Numbered from the whole stretch's first letter, positions 1-14,380 are shown. The stretch: DNA of 63,433 nucleotides, filler included, from Saprolegnia diclina VS20 (GCF_000281045.1; 6 parts of 4 records of this genome joined end to end with filler, not necessarily neighbours in it), one strand, 5' to 3'. Numbers and translations are program-made. Notes: generated from the sequence alone by a model not told the origin.

Positions 1-457
1 AACGACGCAGCGAGACTGGAATCGCCAAACGTGTCGGGAAAAAAAATCGCTCAAATTTGGCATGGCGATAGAGGACACCGAGGAGGTCATAACGCGCTAT
101 GTCGTTTGATCGGTTGACGCTGTGGGGTCAAGAAATTCACCTACAAAGTTTTCTACTTCGATTTTCATTTTCTTCGAATCTAACCGCTCGGTTGAGCATG
201 CCCCGTGCGCTATTGTTTCAGGTACACCCATATACGAGACATGAATCTCTCTCGACTAGATAGATAGCATGGAAATTGGGTCTAGAGCATGTACTTGCTC
301 AATCTCCTCCTCGAAAAGATCTCGTCTGCTTTGTGGCTCGCCCAAACCGCTCAACCGTTAGTAGAATCGAAGATCGAAGCCAAATGGGTGTCGAGGTCGA
401 TACCGGATAAACGGTGCGGTATGCGGACGATGTTGGTATCTTGCGTCGGTTCGGGCG

Positions 458-3400
458 ATGGCGGACGCAGCCAAGGCCACGTATGAGGACAAGTACCTGG
501 ACCTGCGCGAAGAGAACTTGGCGCTGAAGCGCAAGAAGAACGAGCAGGAGGCGACCATCAAGCGGTACGACCGATCGCTCCACGCGAGGCCTCATGCCAT
601 GTAGCATGTACACCAAGCTCGCGATGATCGAGGAGACGCTCAAGCGCAAGGAGCGCGAGGCCAGCCCCGAAGCCACATCGCCAAGTACTACATTGTACGC
701 TAGCTTCCAGCACCTGACGTTGCCTCGTAGCCAAAGCCCACGGGAAGCGCGACTTGGACACGGAGCGCTTTGTCGACGAGCTCAAGCGCGAGAATGCAGC
801 GCTGCGCAAGAAGGCACAGCTCTCGACCGAGGCGACGCGACAGCTCAAGGGCCAACTCACGCTGCTCAAGACCAAGCACCCGGCGCGTACGAAGAAGGAC
901 GAGGTATCGACGCCGACGGCGAGTCGTGCCCACGCCCCGACCGCGCCTTTGGAGAGCTACGCGCATTTAGCCCGCGACATGCACCGCGAGAAAGCGAGCC
1001 GGAACCCGGAGCTCGAAGACGCGTTGAAAGCACGGCTAGTGACCGCCGAGCGCCGTTTGCTCCAACTCCAGCAAGAAAACGAAGCGCTCAAGCGCGCCGC
1101 CGACGACCACGACGACCACGGCGACAACAACCTTCGGCATCGGTCCCATTTGGGCTCGGTCGAAGTCGAGCAGCTCCAGCGCGAGCTGCGCGATCGCCAA
1201 GCCCAGCTCGTGATCTTGAACGCTCGCTTTGACAACCTCGAGTCCAAAGCCGTGGCGGAGCGCGAGATCCAGGTATCGATGTACCTCATCCCAATCGATC
1301 GTTGAACGACATCGGGTCTGTATATGGTAGGAAAAGACACTCGAACAAATGGAGAGCTTCAACCGGGTCATTCACCGGCTTCGCGCCGAGCTGCAGGACG
1401 CGCAGATGGCCAAAGAGCAGCTCGAGAAGCGCGCGGCCAAGACAAAGGACCTCAAAGACGAAGTCGCAATGCTCCAAGACCAAGTACCGCGTTCGATGCG
1501 ACTGCAAGTAGCTCACTTTTCGGTAGAATGCCAAGTTGGAAGAGCGCATGACGTCGCTCTGTGAGAGTCCGTTCATCAACGATGCGTTTCAGCGCAAAGA
1601 GCGCATCGACAAGATCGTCGAGCTCGAAAAACAAAATATGATGCTGAAAAAGGCCAACGAAACGCTGCAGGCGGACGCTGCCAAGCACGTGGCCGCGATC
1701 CAAGAGCTCCAGAGCAACGTTCGGCTCACCAAGCAAGCCAAAGAAGCGCTCGAGCAAGACGTCCTTCGGCTCAAGAAGGAGCTCGACGAAGAGCGCAATC
1801 GGCAGCAGTTCCAGCGCCATCAACCGACCACGATTCTCATCGAGGCGCCGCCACAAGTCGCCGCCGTTGCACCCGCCCATACTCCGTCCAAAGACGCGAG
1901 TCCCATCAAGGTGTCGGTGCAAACCGAGACGTTTGAGCTTCCGCCGCCGTTATCGCTGCCGTCCAAGACAGAGTAGACAGAGTGTCCGTTGTAGTATCCA
2001 CTCAAACCGTGTAGGGGCATGCCGGTGACCGCCCGTCGTATGCTTGACGATGCCGCCAACAAGGAGCTGTTTAGCCCCTTACAGACCGACCGCGATAGCA
2101 GGTTGCGACACACTTATGCGGTCTCCCGTGTCATCATTTATGGAATAGCGTGCATGTGCTCAAGCAGAAGGTCCACACGCTCCAGATCGCGCACCTCTCG
2201 TCAACGCAGGAGCTCGAGCGCTGTGAAAAGATGCTGCAGGCACAAACGAGCATCAACCGAGAGCTCAGCCTCGAGATTGAGGACCTCGTGTCGCGTAAGG
2301 ACGCATCGCATGGCGCGCTTCTCAAGAAGATCTCGACGCTCGAGCTCTTGACCGAGCAGCGTCTCAAGAAGATCGCGGTGCTTGAAGCGCAGATTCGGCA
2401 ACTCAAGTACCTCGCAGCGCACCCTTCGACGTCGCGTTGCAACGACGACAACTTGTCTTTACCTGAGATCGATGGGATTGGAGGTGAAGAACAGGTTGAC
2501 GAAGGGTGTGTCGTGGCAGGCGCCGATGAACTCGACCAAGGCACGATGCACGAGTTCGTTTGAGACGCTTGAATGTGCGTATAGGCGACAACCTCTTGGA
2601 GATTTGGGTCGTCTCGGCGCATTTCGAGCCAAAGTACGTGCATGGCACGAGCTGTACGTTCGTGCTCTGCGATTTCTACGATTTCGAGTCGCAACCGACC
2701 GCGCTCTTGACGGGCAGCGACCCCGTGTACAACTTTGCCACATCGTACAAGGTCTGCCCTTGTATTGGCGAATTGCATTGATTTGGAGGTTGACAGGTGA
2801 CGGCCGATGCGTTTTTCCTACGGTACCTTGCCTCCGATCAGCTCGCGCTTGAAGTCCACCAAGCCATCCAAGGGGACTTTCATGTCGTCGGGCGCACCGC
2901 ACTGCCCTTGCGCCCGCTGCTCGCGAGTCGAGGGGTCTTACGCGACACGAGTGTACCGATTCGCCATACGACAACCAACGCCATCATTGGCACCATGAAC
3001 CTCGTCCTCCGCATGGCGATTCCAGTCTCGGAAACGTGGCAGCTGCATCTGCAAGCGCATCCCGCTGATCATGCTTTCTTGGGCGACACGCCGAATCAAA
3101 ACCTCGAAAGTGCGCTTGTTCTGCAAGACGCAGTGAGTCACCTCGGGCCGCTCAACGACCTCGAGGTGCGTTTGCGCTTGGTGCTAAAACCAAGACGCTG
3201 TATGCGTAGATTGCCATTGTCGCGGGGCGCAAGCTCTACACCGCGTCGGGGCGCCCACCGAGTGCATATGTCCACTACCAACTGCTCGGGTTTCCAGACG
3301 TCTTTACGGACATTGCGCCCCACACGGCGACGCCGTCGTTTGAGCACAGCACGCATCGCTTCTCTGTCTCGGTCGATATGTGCCTCAAGCAGTTCTTCAA

Positions 3401-6400
3401 GACCGTATCGCTGGCCCTTACGCTCTTTGACGACAACGACACGAATGCTACTAGTGACGAGTCGAGTGGCGGCGTCCTCGGGACCTGCAATGTGCCGCTA
3501 AAAGCACTGGCGTCGGGAGACGCGATCAGCGGGTGGTTTGCGGTCCTCGATCCTTGCGGTGTCTCAGCTGGCGAGCTCCTCCTCACGCTGCAGTGGAAGC
3601 ACCCGTTCCAAGTGCTCACCGAGCTCGGCGTCGCCCCTGCGAATGCCAACGCGCTCACACTGCAGGATGTGCACGACCTCATGGGGCATTTCTCATTTTT
3701 GCAAGACGGCCGCGTGTGCTACAAGTCGTTTTTGATCTACGCCCACGCGAGTCTCTACGTCTCACCAGCGTTTCTCGAGATGCTCGAGTGGTTCCACTCG
3801 GCCCTTCGACACCTCATGCACGAAGCCCACGCCCATGATGTGCCGATCAACAAGTTTTTGGCGCTCGAGCCCAAGCTCCTCACACAAGACGCCTTTGTGC
3901 AGCGCTGCAAAGCTCGGAATTTGATCGTGACGCCAAACTACGTCACGCTCTTGGCGTCCGTCTTGGGAAACCCGAATGGCTTCTTCCACGCGTCCGAGCT
4001 CGCGCTGCACTTGGAGCCGTCGCCGTTGTGCCAGGCGCGCTTTGTCGCACAAAAGATTCGTGACACGATCCGGCTTTTCGAGCGCCAAGAGAAGCCGAGC
4101 GCGCTGCTTCGGCCGTTCGAGCGCTACGATCCAACGCAGTGCCAGTACGTGAGCCGCGCCGAGTTCAAGCGGGGGCTGGGCGTGCTGGGGTTTCACATTT
4201 ACGACCCACAGCAAGTCGAAGCGTCAAACGAGCTGCACGACGAGGCAGCGAGCTCGCTCAAATTGCCGGCTTCCACCGCTTCTGCACCGGACGATGGCAA
4301 GGACGAGGAAGTGCTCCAGCCCAAAACCGCATACTCGAGCCGCACCAAATCACATGTGGCAACGACAGAGTTTGAACAGCGAAAAGCGGCCTTCCAAGAA
4401 CGGATGAAGACGGCCGCGGCCGCCAGCCAGCAGTCGTTTGTGCTGGATGCGCCGACGCTTCCATCGACGGACGTCGCCGCGCGGTCGATCCAGCGCCAGT
4501 TTCGCCGGACGCGGGAGCCGGCACCTCGTGCTATAGTGGCGCCGCCTGTCGCGGACGTGACGCGCTGCACCATCGTCGACGTTGAAGTGTTTGTCAGTGG
4601 GCACATGGAGCTGCACGAAAGCGTGACGAGCCAATGGATTCAGCTGTGCACGAGTCTGGATTCTGCGCATGCCGGCGTGCTCTCCAAGAAGCAGATGCTG
4701 CACGTCCTCCACCAGCCGCCGGGCGTCTTGGCGCTCAAGCCCGAGCACGTTGGTTGCCTCTTGGGGTACTTTACGACGCCGGGGGCGCGCCGCATTGCGT
4801 ATGCGCCCCTGATTCACTTTTTGCGAACGTGTGCGAGCGCCGTGCAACAGACGCCGCCATTGCTGAAGCTCCTGCAGACGCTGCTTCTCGAGGTACCTCT
4901 GTCTCCATGCAGAGTGCGACGCATGTTTGGGGTCGTAGGAAGCCGAGTACGCTTTGTTTGTGGACGCTGACAGCACCAACACGGGCGTGCTGTCGTACGC
5001 CACTTTTAGCGACCTTCTGCGTCACGTGTGCACCGTCCTTTCGAGCACGCAAGCCAAGCTCATCATGCAGCTCTTTGACGTGAGTGGGTTTGGCGTCGAC
5101 TACCGCGCGTTCTTCCAGTACGTCCTCGCGCTGCCGCACAACGTTCAGCTGCAAAAGATCAAAGTCCGCCTTCACCGCCTCAGTACGCCCGTGCTGCAAA
5201 CCATCAAGGTATGACGCCACTTGGGATTTGGTGGATAAGGGTGACGTTGATTTGTAGCTGGCGCTGGCCCAAGCCCGCCCGAGTGACACCTTTACAAAGC
5301 TGCAGCTGGCGACGCTATGGAAGCAAGCCAACGTCGTCGACTTCTCGTGGTCCGACCAAGCACTCTTGTGGCAGTACGTGGACAAGCACCAGGTCGGCAG
5401 CATTGGTGCAGGCACGCTCTGGGGGCTCTTCACGCCCCCCCCGCCCACGTCCCGACCCACTACGTTCGAGCACTTGGACCTCAATACGTTGCAACACCTC
5501 GCGTGGAACGCGCGGCGGCTTGTTGTCCAAGACGCGACGCTGCTGTTGCAAGCGTTTGGCCGCTACGACTGGCGCAAGCTCGGGTGCATTGGCGCGGACG
5601 AGTTTGCCGCCGTGCTCCTCCGGTCGGGCTTTGTCTTGCCATCGCCCGCCGTGCACAACGTGCTCATACCCCAATTTTACACCCACGGCAAGGTCCAGTA
5701 CCGTGCCTTTGTCGAGTGGAGTCACGTGCCGAGCGTGAGTCTCCGAGGGATCGAGGCGCGGCTTCAAGCGCTGGCCCAAGAGCGCGCACGCACCGAGAAT
5801 GTTGCTGTCTCGAGTATCCTCTCCCAGTGGCTCTCAGCCTTCTCGCCACCCGTGTCCCGCGCGGCGTTCGCGTCGACGGTGCTCGAGACGTTGGCGCTAC
5901 CGCTCTCCACTGAAGATGTCCGCGTGCTGCTTAAGGCGCTGGACCCCGATCTCGTCGATGTCGTCGACCACACGCGCTTTGTGAGCATGGACTCGGGCGC
6001 CCCCGTCGAGCCCAAGCCTGTCGACGTGCCCATGCTTCTCTCCGTCCTGCGCTCGATCGTGCAGTTGCAACGAAGCAAGGTCGTCGCGACGTTCGAAGCC
6101 TACGACGGGCGCGATGCGGGCCTCGTCGAGCCCGATATCTTCACCCTCTGCTGGCGGAAGCTCGGCGTCGACTTGAGCAGCGACGATGTTCATGCGATCT
6201 ACGCGGCCCACGCCAAGGACCGCCACACGCTCGAGTATCGAAAGTTCTTGAAGCACGTGCTCCTGGCGCCCGAGACGAAGGCGGCATCGCCGCCAGATAC
6301 GCAGGAAAAGCACCACCGCCTCCTTGTCACAGCGCTCCAAGACGCGGCGTCGGCGGCGGACCCTACCCTCTGGCGCGACTGGATTGCCAACCTGAACGAC

Positions 6401-8417
6401 TACATGACCCAAAAAGGCAAGACGGATGCCCCGCCGCTCAAAGTACCAGCGGTACTCGCAAAGACACTACCGTCACCAAACTTGATCGCGCTCGACCGGC
6501 TGCGGCCGCTGCTTCCTGCGCTTGTCAACGTCAAGACGGGACGCGTGTCCCTACAGGCGGTGATGTCGCTCCTCGAGCAGGTAGCTCGGCCGATCGCGAA
6601 ACCATCCACGCCCGAGGCGCCGGCCGCCCAAGGACGTAGCACAGAGCTCCAGCGCAGCCTGCACGTGCTGACACTCTTGATTCAAAACAGCGTAGCAAGA
6701 GGCGTCGACTACCGTCGCGTCATCGAGCAATTTGACGCCGATTGGTCGGGCGCAATTGCGCCGCTGGACGTCAAGGCCGCTCTCATTGAGCTCGGTCTCA
6801 ACATGGTCGAGCACGGGCCCGAGAGTGTCGGGTACCTCGTTCAGCACTTTCGGCAGTCGCAAAGCCATGCGAACGACGGCGGTGGCATCAACTACCTTCA
6901 TTTGCTCCACGAAGCTCGGCACGACGTCAACCCTTTATGGCAGCTTGACGAGTCGCTACGGCTTCGCATTCGACTCAAAGGTGCGCTGACGACCGAGCGC
7001 ATGACGCACGACGTGTCGATCTACGCCGCGATCGCACCGGCCTTTGCGCACTTTGATCGCGCCCAGCAAGGGTTTCTCAGTCTCGAAGCGCTCGAACTTG
7101 GGTTGCGTGCGCTGCACTATACTGTGTACAGTCTAGTCCATTGTTCGTTGGTCGTTTATGCATCTATTGTAGGTCGATCGGAGACGTCCAAGGCCTCTTT
7201 GATGCCATGTCGATCTTCAAGACCAACGTCATCTCGCGTGTCGAGTTTGATGCGTTTGTGCTGGACCCATACCGGTTCGAGCTACTCGAGAAAGTCGGCG
7301 GCCAGCTCTGGACTTCCCCGACGCGGTTCGCGGCAGTCTCGCAACGGTTATCGGCAAGCGATGAGGGCTCTAATGCGTTGCCGCTGCAGACCTTTTGCAG
7401 CGTCTTGGCCGAGCACGGAGTTGCCTTGTCTTCGTCCGAAGTGCGACGTCTCGGACACCTCTTTGACGTCAACCGCGACCGTGCCATCTCCTACAAGCTC
7501 TTTCTCCGAGCAATGGTCCGTGTCCGCCCGTCCACAAGGAGCGAGTCGGACGAGGACGAGGCGTCAACTGTCGCGGTCGTTCTGCAGCAGCTCCGCACCA
7601 AGCCTCGGGACTCTGTCCTGTCGATCTTTGGCTCGTTGGACCCAGACGCCCACGGCGTGCTGCCTGTCGCTGATGTCTTTATCGCGCTCAAGCACCTCGG
7701 CATTGTGCTGACACCGCCGCAGGTCCGGGAGCTCGTGCTGGCGTTTCCCGGCGGCGACCGTAGCATCCAGTATGTGGCCATGCTCCAGGCAGCGCTGCAA
7801 GAACCGGTGTCCGAGACGTCCGACAACCCGACGCCATCGGCGCAAGACGCAGCGCGCCCGATTGTGGACCAGCTCAAGGCCTTTCTTCGCGACGCCGCGG
7901 CCAACGGCGTGAGTCCGACCGAGTGCTTTGCCCACTTTGACACGAATGGGTCCGGCGACATTGACGCGCTCGAGTTGCGCAAAGGGCTCGTGAAGCTCGA
8001 GTTTCCGCGCGTCACGGACAATATTGTCTCTTGGATCATGGACACCTTTGGTGTCGACGGCGTGCTCGACTACCGACACTTTGTGTCGCACTTGGTCGGA
8101 CGCACAATCGACGTCGTGATGAGCGATCTTCGAGCAGCCTTGAAAGAGGCAAAGCTGCATGCAAAGGACGTCCACCACCTCTTTCTGCGCTACGACGAGT
8201 CGTACGGCGGCCACGTGACGCTCGACCAGTTGCACGCGGTCCTAGCCGACTGCCGACTGGATGTACTATCACTCTCATCGTGTCGGCACTTCTCACTATG
8301 CTACGACTGTAGATCAACGAGAGCGACCTCCGTCTCCTCGATGAAGCGTTTGGCGCGGCTGGGCCGATCAACTACCGGACGGTTTTGGCGCGCCTTTTTG
8401 GCAAATCCTCGACGTGA
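458..8417 (+). CDS. RPGRIP1L: RPGRIP1L/fantom-like ciliary transition-zone protein (coiled coil + two C2 domains) extended by an IQ motif and a long EF-hand array; multi-exon, roughly 2400 aa
   Basis: N-terminus MADAAKATYEDKYLDLREENLALKRKKNEQEATIKR/MYTKL (intron 565-604) resembles RPGRIP1L. Coiled-coil exons follow, then C2-like TFVLCDFYDFESQPT...DPVYNFATSYK and a second C2 (AYVHYQLLGFPDVFT). IQ-like AARSIQRQFRR; EF-hand-like loops DPTQCQYVSRAEF, DWRKLGCIGADEF, DTNGSGDIDALEL. Junctions checked at about 3166, 4892, 5209, 7124 and 8263 rejoin in frame via short GT..AG introns; stop TGA at 8415-8417. Confidence 0.8.
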
Positions 8418-8491
8418 GGTGTGCCACGTACTCGTTGACGTCATGTATGGAAGGACCTTTCTTCGTATTCATTTAGTTTATGGCCCGTTCA

Positions 8492-8521
8492 AATCTAGTC
8501 GACTCGAATCTAGTCGACTCG
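8492..8521. repeat. Tandem 15-bp duplication AATCTAGTCGACTCG x2
   Basis: Direct inspection; a degenerate third unit follows. Confidence 0.85.
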
Positions 8522-8947
8522 GCTCGAGTTTAGTCGCGCCGAGTGTTTGAGTGGCATCGTCCTCTCAACGCTGATGGCTTGTCTGCAACGGTATAATAAT
8601 AAACCGGCCGGCGCACACGCAATTTAATTCGGTTTGCATCGTGCGTCAATGGCCATAAGCTTAATGTTTGTATAGATACCATGGCATTGGAATAAAAATA
8701 AACTCAGAAACCATCGCGCACGTGAAATTAATTGACCATGTCCCATGACAGGCGGGGGAAAAGCCATGCATTATAATGACATCCAAGTGAGACAAATATA
8801 CAAATGTCTAGGTATTTAAAAAAGTGGACGAACGACATTTAAATAAAAGGCCACGCACCCCACCAAAGCGCAGCGACCAACAAAGCCGCTCGGGCAACTC
8901 AAACCAATTGTTGCCATTCGCAACCAAGTCGACCGACCCGAAGCAGC

Positions 8948-9752
8948 ATGTCGGACGACCCGCAACCCATCGCTACGCCCGTCGCCGAGACGGTGGCCGC
9001 CGAGACGCCCGCCGCCGAGGAGGCCGCGCCCGTCGTAGCCGTGACCATGGAGCTCGGGCCCAAGGTACTTGCCCGCGACGTGCGATTCAATGAGTCTTAG
9101 CCGATGCTAGCACCCGCTGCAGCACAAGTGGGTCCTCTGGTACGACAACCCGAAGAAGAAGCTCGCGACCGAGAGCTGGGAAGAGAACCTCAAGCTCATT
9201 TACACGTTTGAGACGGTCGAGGACTTTTGGTGCCTCTTCAACAACGTGCTGCCGCCGACCAAGCTCTCGACGGGCAGCAACTACCACCTCTTCAAGGAGG
9301 GCATCCGGCCCATGTGGGAAGACCCGATCAACATGAAGGGCGGCAAGTGGATCCTCACCAACACGCGACAGCGCCGTGCGCGCCTCGACGACTCGTGGAT
9401 GCATGTGGTAGGGAGTCGCATGCTTGCGCATTGGAAGGCTTATGGGGAGCGTAGATGTTGGCGTTGATTGGCGAAGCGCTCGAAGACGAAGATGACATTT
9501 GCGGCTGCGTCGTGAGTGTGCGCAAGTCGCAGGACCGTCTTGCGGTCTGGACCAAGACGGCGGTCAACGAGCCGCTGCAGCGCACGGTGGGCCGCAACTT
9601 CCGCAAGGTGCTCGACCTCGGCAAGAACGAAGTGCTCAAGTTCCAGTCGCACGCCGATGCGGCCGCGAGCGGCTCCAGCTTCCAAAACGAAGTGTACGCT
9701 GCTTGTACGAGGGCATTGAACTCACACGATGTGTAGGTTGTACGACGCATAA
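8948..9752 (+). CDS. eIF4E: Translation initiation factor eIF4E (class I-like), multi-exon
   Basis: HPLQHKWVLWYDNP, SWEENL, TVEDFWCLFNN, NYHLFKEGIRPMWEDP..KGGKW, DDICGCVVSVRKSQDRLAVWT: all conserved Trp positions are present. Last exon is inferred. Confidence 0.95.
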
Positions 9753-10538
9753 GCAAGCGACGTTGTACCGAGACACGTAGAGTAGTCGATTTAGTGCGTC
9801 GTGTCTGCTACGCCACCGCGTGGACTAGAGCTGGTGAAGTAGATACTAACCCGAAACAGTTAGAGAATTATATAACTATATAACCTTTTGATGTTGTCCA
9901 CATGGCAAGAGACACATTCTAACACTCAAAGTATTGTGCGTGGACAATGCCACGGCAGCGCCACGTGCTGTTCTCACCTTATCGCTCGCTTCGGTATCCT
10001 TGCAACATCCCGCACGAGCGTCCTGTCATGACTGTCCTGACGCTGTCCGCCATGCTTTGACGGACGGTGCGCGGAAGAGAACTCAACTGAATTTGTGCCC
10101 GAGCACGCGCATCTCGACGATTTAGTTGGTCAAGATCTTATAGCCGGTCGCTTTTTACTACACTGTAGTTGGCAGAGCTACGTCGCTCGTTCCAGACACT
10201 GCTGTTCTCACTTGTTGTCAACGGCGTCATTCCTAGTCCTTCTAGTCGGCTTTAAAGATCACATAGCAATGGTATCTTGTCGCGCCATAATGTCTTTGTA
10301 TCTAACTCAAGTTGGTGGAAGAGGCGCCGATGCCTGTCTCCTGCGGCGAGACCTTGGCAACGGCCGGCGTTGGCCCCTAGCGTTAGCTCGAGGCATCGAC
10401 TCGCCAACCACCAAGTCCAAGTGTACGATGCTTGTCCGACGGGCTTTCGACGCGGAATGCAGGGTAGAGTCCAGAATGGTAGACAAAATTTTGTTCAAAA
10501 ATGGCCTTGTAGGCATACGCTTGCGCGTCGCCACTGTC

Positions 10539-12068
10539 TTATTCGAGGCTGAATATCCGCACGGTCTCGTCGTCGCTCGCCGTGACGAGATCGGCCAGCT
10601 GCCCGTTGCGGACAATGAGGTCCATGTCGAGGATCATCTCCTACGCACGTTGTTGTCGCTTCCTTTGCTTCAACAGCATGACATTTATACCTGGTGGCCC
10701 GAGAGCGACCGCTGGAGCTGGCCGCTGCGCGCATCCCAGACGTGGATCATACCGTCCACCGTGCACGTGTACACAAACTAAGTGAAAGTCTATGAGCCCG
10801 AGTCGGAGCCAAACGACGCTGCCTACCGGCTCGGTCGGGTGCCACATGAGCTTGATGACGCCGGCTTCGTGGCGGCACACGTGGCGGCACTGGTACGTGG
10901 CGAGGTCCCAAATGCGGAGCTCACCGCCCAAGTCGGCCGTCGCACACCAGTTGAGCGTGTTGCAAAAGCCAGCGCTAGACAGTTGCGTCAGTTGGTCGAG
11001 TCCAACAACCGCACGACAGTGTATACCATTCGACCGAGTTGACGGCCATTGAATCGTCGGCCGCGATCGTGCCGGCCGCCGCTTCGTTGGTCGCGTGCGA
11101 GAAGACGGCGAGCTGGCGCTTGTTTTGGATGTGGAGAAGGCGCGCCGTGCCGTCTTGGGAGCACGAGATCATGACAGGCTGCTTGGGGTGGCAGAGCACA
11201 TTGCAGATCGGGCCTTCGTGGAACTCGTTGCCACGGAAGACGTGCGCGCACTCGCCAGTCTTGGGGTTCCAAAGACGCACCGTGCAGTCGGCCGACCCGG
11301 TCGCGATCATCTTGCCCGAGCCCGTGAACGAGCCGCAGGTGATGCTGTCTTCGTGTCCCGCAAATACGTGCATGCACTCGCCCGTGGCCGCTAGCCACAT
11401 CCACGCTGTGCCGTCGCCCGAGCCCGCGAGAAGCACGTTGCCCTAACCCCATCAAATGAGATGCGTCGTTGGAGCTCCAACTACCTTGGCATGCCACTTG
11501 ATCCACTCAATCTCCTGCGACGGACCATCGAGCGTATGAAGCAGCGCGCCGGTCTGGACGTTCCAGACCTTGACGATACCGTCGTAGCCGCCGGTCGCGG
11601 CGAGCACACCGTCGCAGCTAAAGCCCACGGCCACCACCGAGTCGGTGTGGCCCTTAAGCACGTGCTTGATCGAGAGGTCTTCGATGCTCCAGATCAAACC
11701 GACGTCGTCGCCGCCACCGCTCAGCACAATGTTCTTGTCGAGCGGGTGGACGCTGATGGCGTAGACAGGGCCGTTATGGCCGTGAAACACCTGTGTCGCA
11801 TGTGAGCGTCCTTGTCGCGCCAGTTGACGCATACCATGCGGGCGTCGTCGACAATCTCGGCCGAGACATCCGCCTCGCCTTCGTCGCCATCGACTTCCAT
11901 GTCGTCGTCGTCGTCCTCATCTAGAAGCCATGCATACTTCTCATGCATTACATGTCACCGTCTACCTGGCACGTCGCCGAGTTCATACTCCTGCGTGACT
12001 TCGTCTTCGAGGATCATCTCCTCGTCTTCGAGGAGGACATCTTGCGTCTCAAGGTGGCGGGCGTCCAT
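10539..12068 (-). CDS. WD40 protein, AAMP/SQT1-like (uL16/Rpl10 chaperone family), multi-exon
   Basis: Acidic N-terminus (EDEEMILEDEVTQEY...DDDDDMEVDGDEGE) then WD repeats GHTDSVVAVGFSCDGVLAATGGYDG, LDGPSQEIEWIKWH, LLAGSGDGTAWMW, GHEDSITCGSF; ends VTASDDETVRIFSLE*. Confidence 0.85.
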
Positions 12069-12521
12069 GGCGGATACGAAAATGGCCGACACCAATCAGC
12101 CTTGTCTCGCACCTAAGTGGACTCGGCTGGTATCCGGCGGGATAGCACGATTATCCGGATGACTAGCAAAGCGAAACGCTCGAGAAAGGCCGCCGAAGTC
12201 GGTGATCGCCAAGTGGAAAGTGCCAAGAACACGACCTTGGGCGAGAGAGTTAGGACTTGAGTATCGGGTGATTGCAAGGATGTATCGAGATTTTGTGGTT
12301 GTCATCGATCTCCTTGCGTACAAAGCACATCTGACCCTTGAAGGCAGATCCAGTTTAGTACGTCCGCTCCAAGATCTACCAGATTTTGACCCGACCGTAC
12401 GAGACTCGATCATTGAGTAGACCCTTGACCAGATCCATGACGTGACGTTTCTAGCGTACATGTCGATAGCTCTGCATCGCAACAAACAGAGTAAACAACA
12501 GCAAGATGTCGTTGACTAGGG

Positions 12522-13642
12522 TTAAACGAGCTTCAATTTGACCGTGACGGTATCAAGCCACGACTCGAGAATGGCGTTGACCTTGTCCGGAGTTTCCCAT
12601 AGAATCCAGTGCGACGCTTCTTCGACGTGGCCGCGAACAAGGTTTGGAATGAGCGTCTCCATGCCCTTGCTCATCGAGGGCAGGAGCGCTTGGTCGCGGC
12701 CCGCGCTCACAAAGAGCGCTTCGTGCGGCAAAACCACGTTGATGTTCATCTTGTCTTGGTTGTCGAGCTCGCACGTCTTGTACCAATTCAGGCCGTGCTG
12801 GAAGCCCTGGCGCATGTACTCGTCGACCATGTAGTGCAAATCGTCGCTTGAAAAGTTGGTGCGCGGCGTCGCGGGATCAAACTCAAACTCGGCGAGCGCC
12901 TCCATGGCGCTGCGCACGTTCGTAACGGACGCCGGGCGACGCAGCTGCTTACAGCCGTACACAAGCTGAAAGAACTTGTTCGGGTTCGCCTCAAACGCCG
13001 CGGCCGTGCCGTCCTGCACCAGGTACAGCTGGTACGTCAGCGACGGAAAGATCGCGACAAAATCTTCGAGGATCAGGCCCTGAGGCACGACGTCCCAAAA
13101 CGGCGTGCAGATCGAGCCCACAGCGAGTACACGCGACGGCTGGAAGAGCGCCATGCACCACGCTGCCATGCCGCCCCAGTCGTGGCCAATCACGATCGCC
13201 TTTTCAATCTCGAGAATGTCTAGATCATTGTGTCAGAAATCCGGTGAAAATGAGCCGGTCGTTGTACCGAGCAGGTTGGCGTAGCCCGCAGCGACGGCCT
13301 TGCGCGTGTATTTGGTGTAGTCGTCGGGCGACGTCGTAGCGCCAAAGCCGGGCTGGTCCGGCACGATGAGGCGGTACTTGGCACGAAAGTGTTGGATTTG
13401 ATGCTAGTTTTATGTGAGTTTTGGAAGCTCATGCAAAAAGCAACGTACCCGCCAGCCCCACCAGAGATCGGGCCACCCGTGCAGCAGTAGCATCGGGATA
13501 CCATCTATACGTAGTGCAGTATAGAAGCATGCGCATCAGCAGCGGCGGTACCTCGGGGACCCACGTCGACATAATGGAGGCGAACACCGTTCTTGAGGTT
13601 GACGTACTTGTGCGTGTAGCTGGGGTCGTATGGGGATGTCAT
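12522..13642 (-). CDS. Soluble epoxide hydrolase-like alpha/beta hydrolase, copy 1
   Basis: Starts MTSPYDPSYTHKYV..RLHYVDVGP. HGWPDLW oxyanion motif, GHDWGG nucleophile, lid tyrosines (TYQ, LNWYK), acid GRDQAL, His in ASHW. Confidence 0.9.
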
Positions 13643-14380
13643 CGCGGCGTGCACAAATCGAAAATGAAAAAAAGGAGCCCAAACTTCTAAACGCTTAGTT
13701 AACCTAGATGTGCTGCGTCATCCTGTCTGCATACCAACAGTTGTCTGCATTCGACGGCATGTCGCGGGCACTCCATGTTCGATCGGCTCATCAGCGCGAG
13801 AATATTCATACTGGCGCCCAATGTTTGTGTTCCTGCCCGTGGTGTTGCCCGTGTTGTGGTCATCTTTACGTACCGTAGTCCGTCTTCGCCCTGCGCTTGT
13901 ACGCGATGTTGATGCCAACTCACCTATTTCAACAAACTCGCAGACCAGAAAATCTCAGACAAGTCATCTTTCCACAACCCTACCCACCATTGTCGCATAG
14001 TGTCGTGCGCGAAACTCAAACGACACGGCCGTTGTGCATCGTTGGGACTTTCTGAAGAAGCAATAGACCCACTACAGTATTGGTACCGTAGTTCACATCG
14101 CATCCCGGCACACTAGACTATTAATAGTAGAGCAATATGGGAGGCTCCAAGGCGACTCCAAGCAAGGGACACCGTATGTGATCACACGATCCAGATGCTG
14201 TCATCGACAGTCACACGAGCCACGAGTGTACTCAAAAAGTACTCTTGCACGAGTGATCCCTTCTTTTCGGAGGATTTGGCGAAAGTTCGGTCTATCGTCG
14301 AATCATTTTTAGGTTTATGCTAATCAAATTATGCAACACGAATCCGTCAGGCATCGTACGGGACAGGTCCAACGGCTCAT

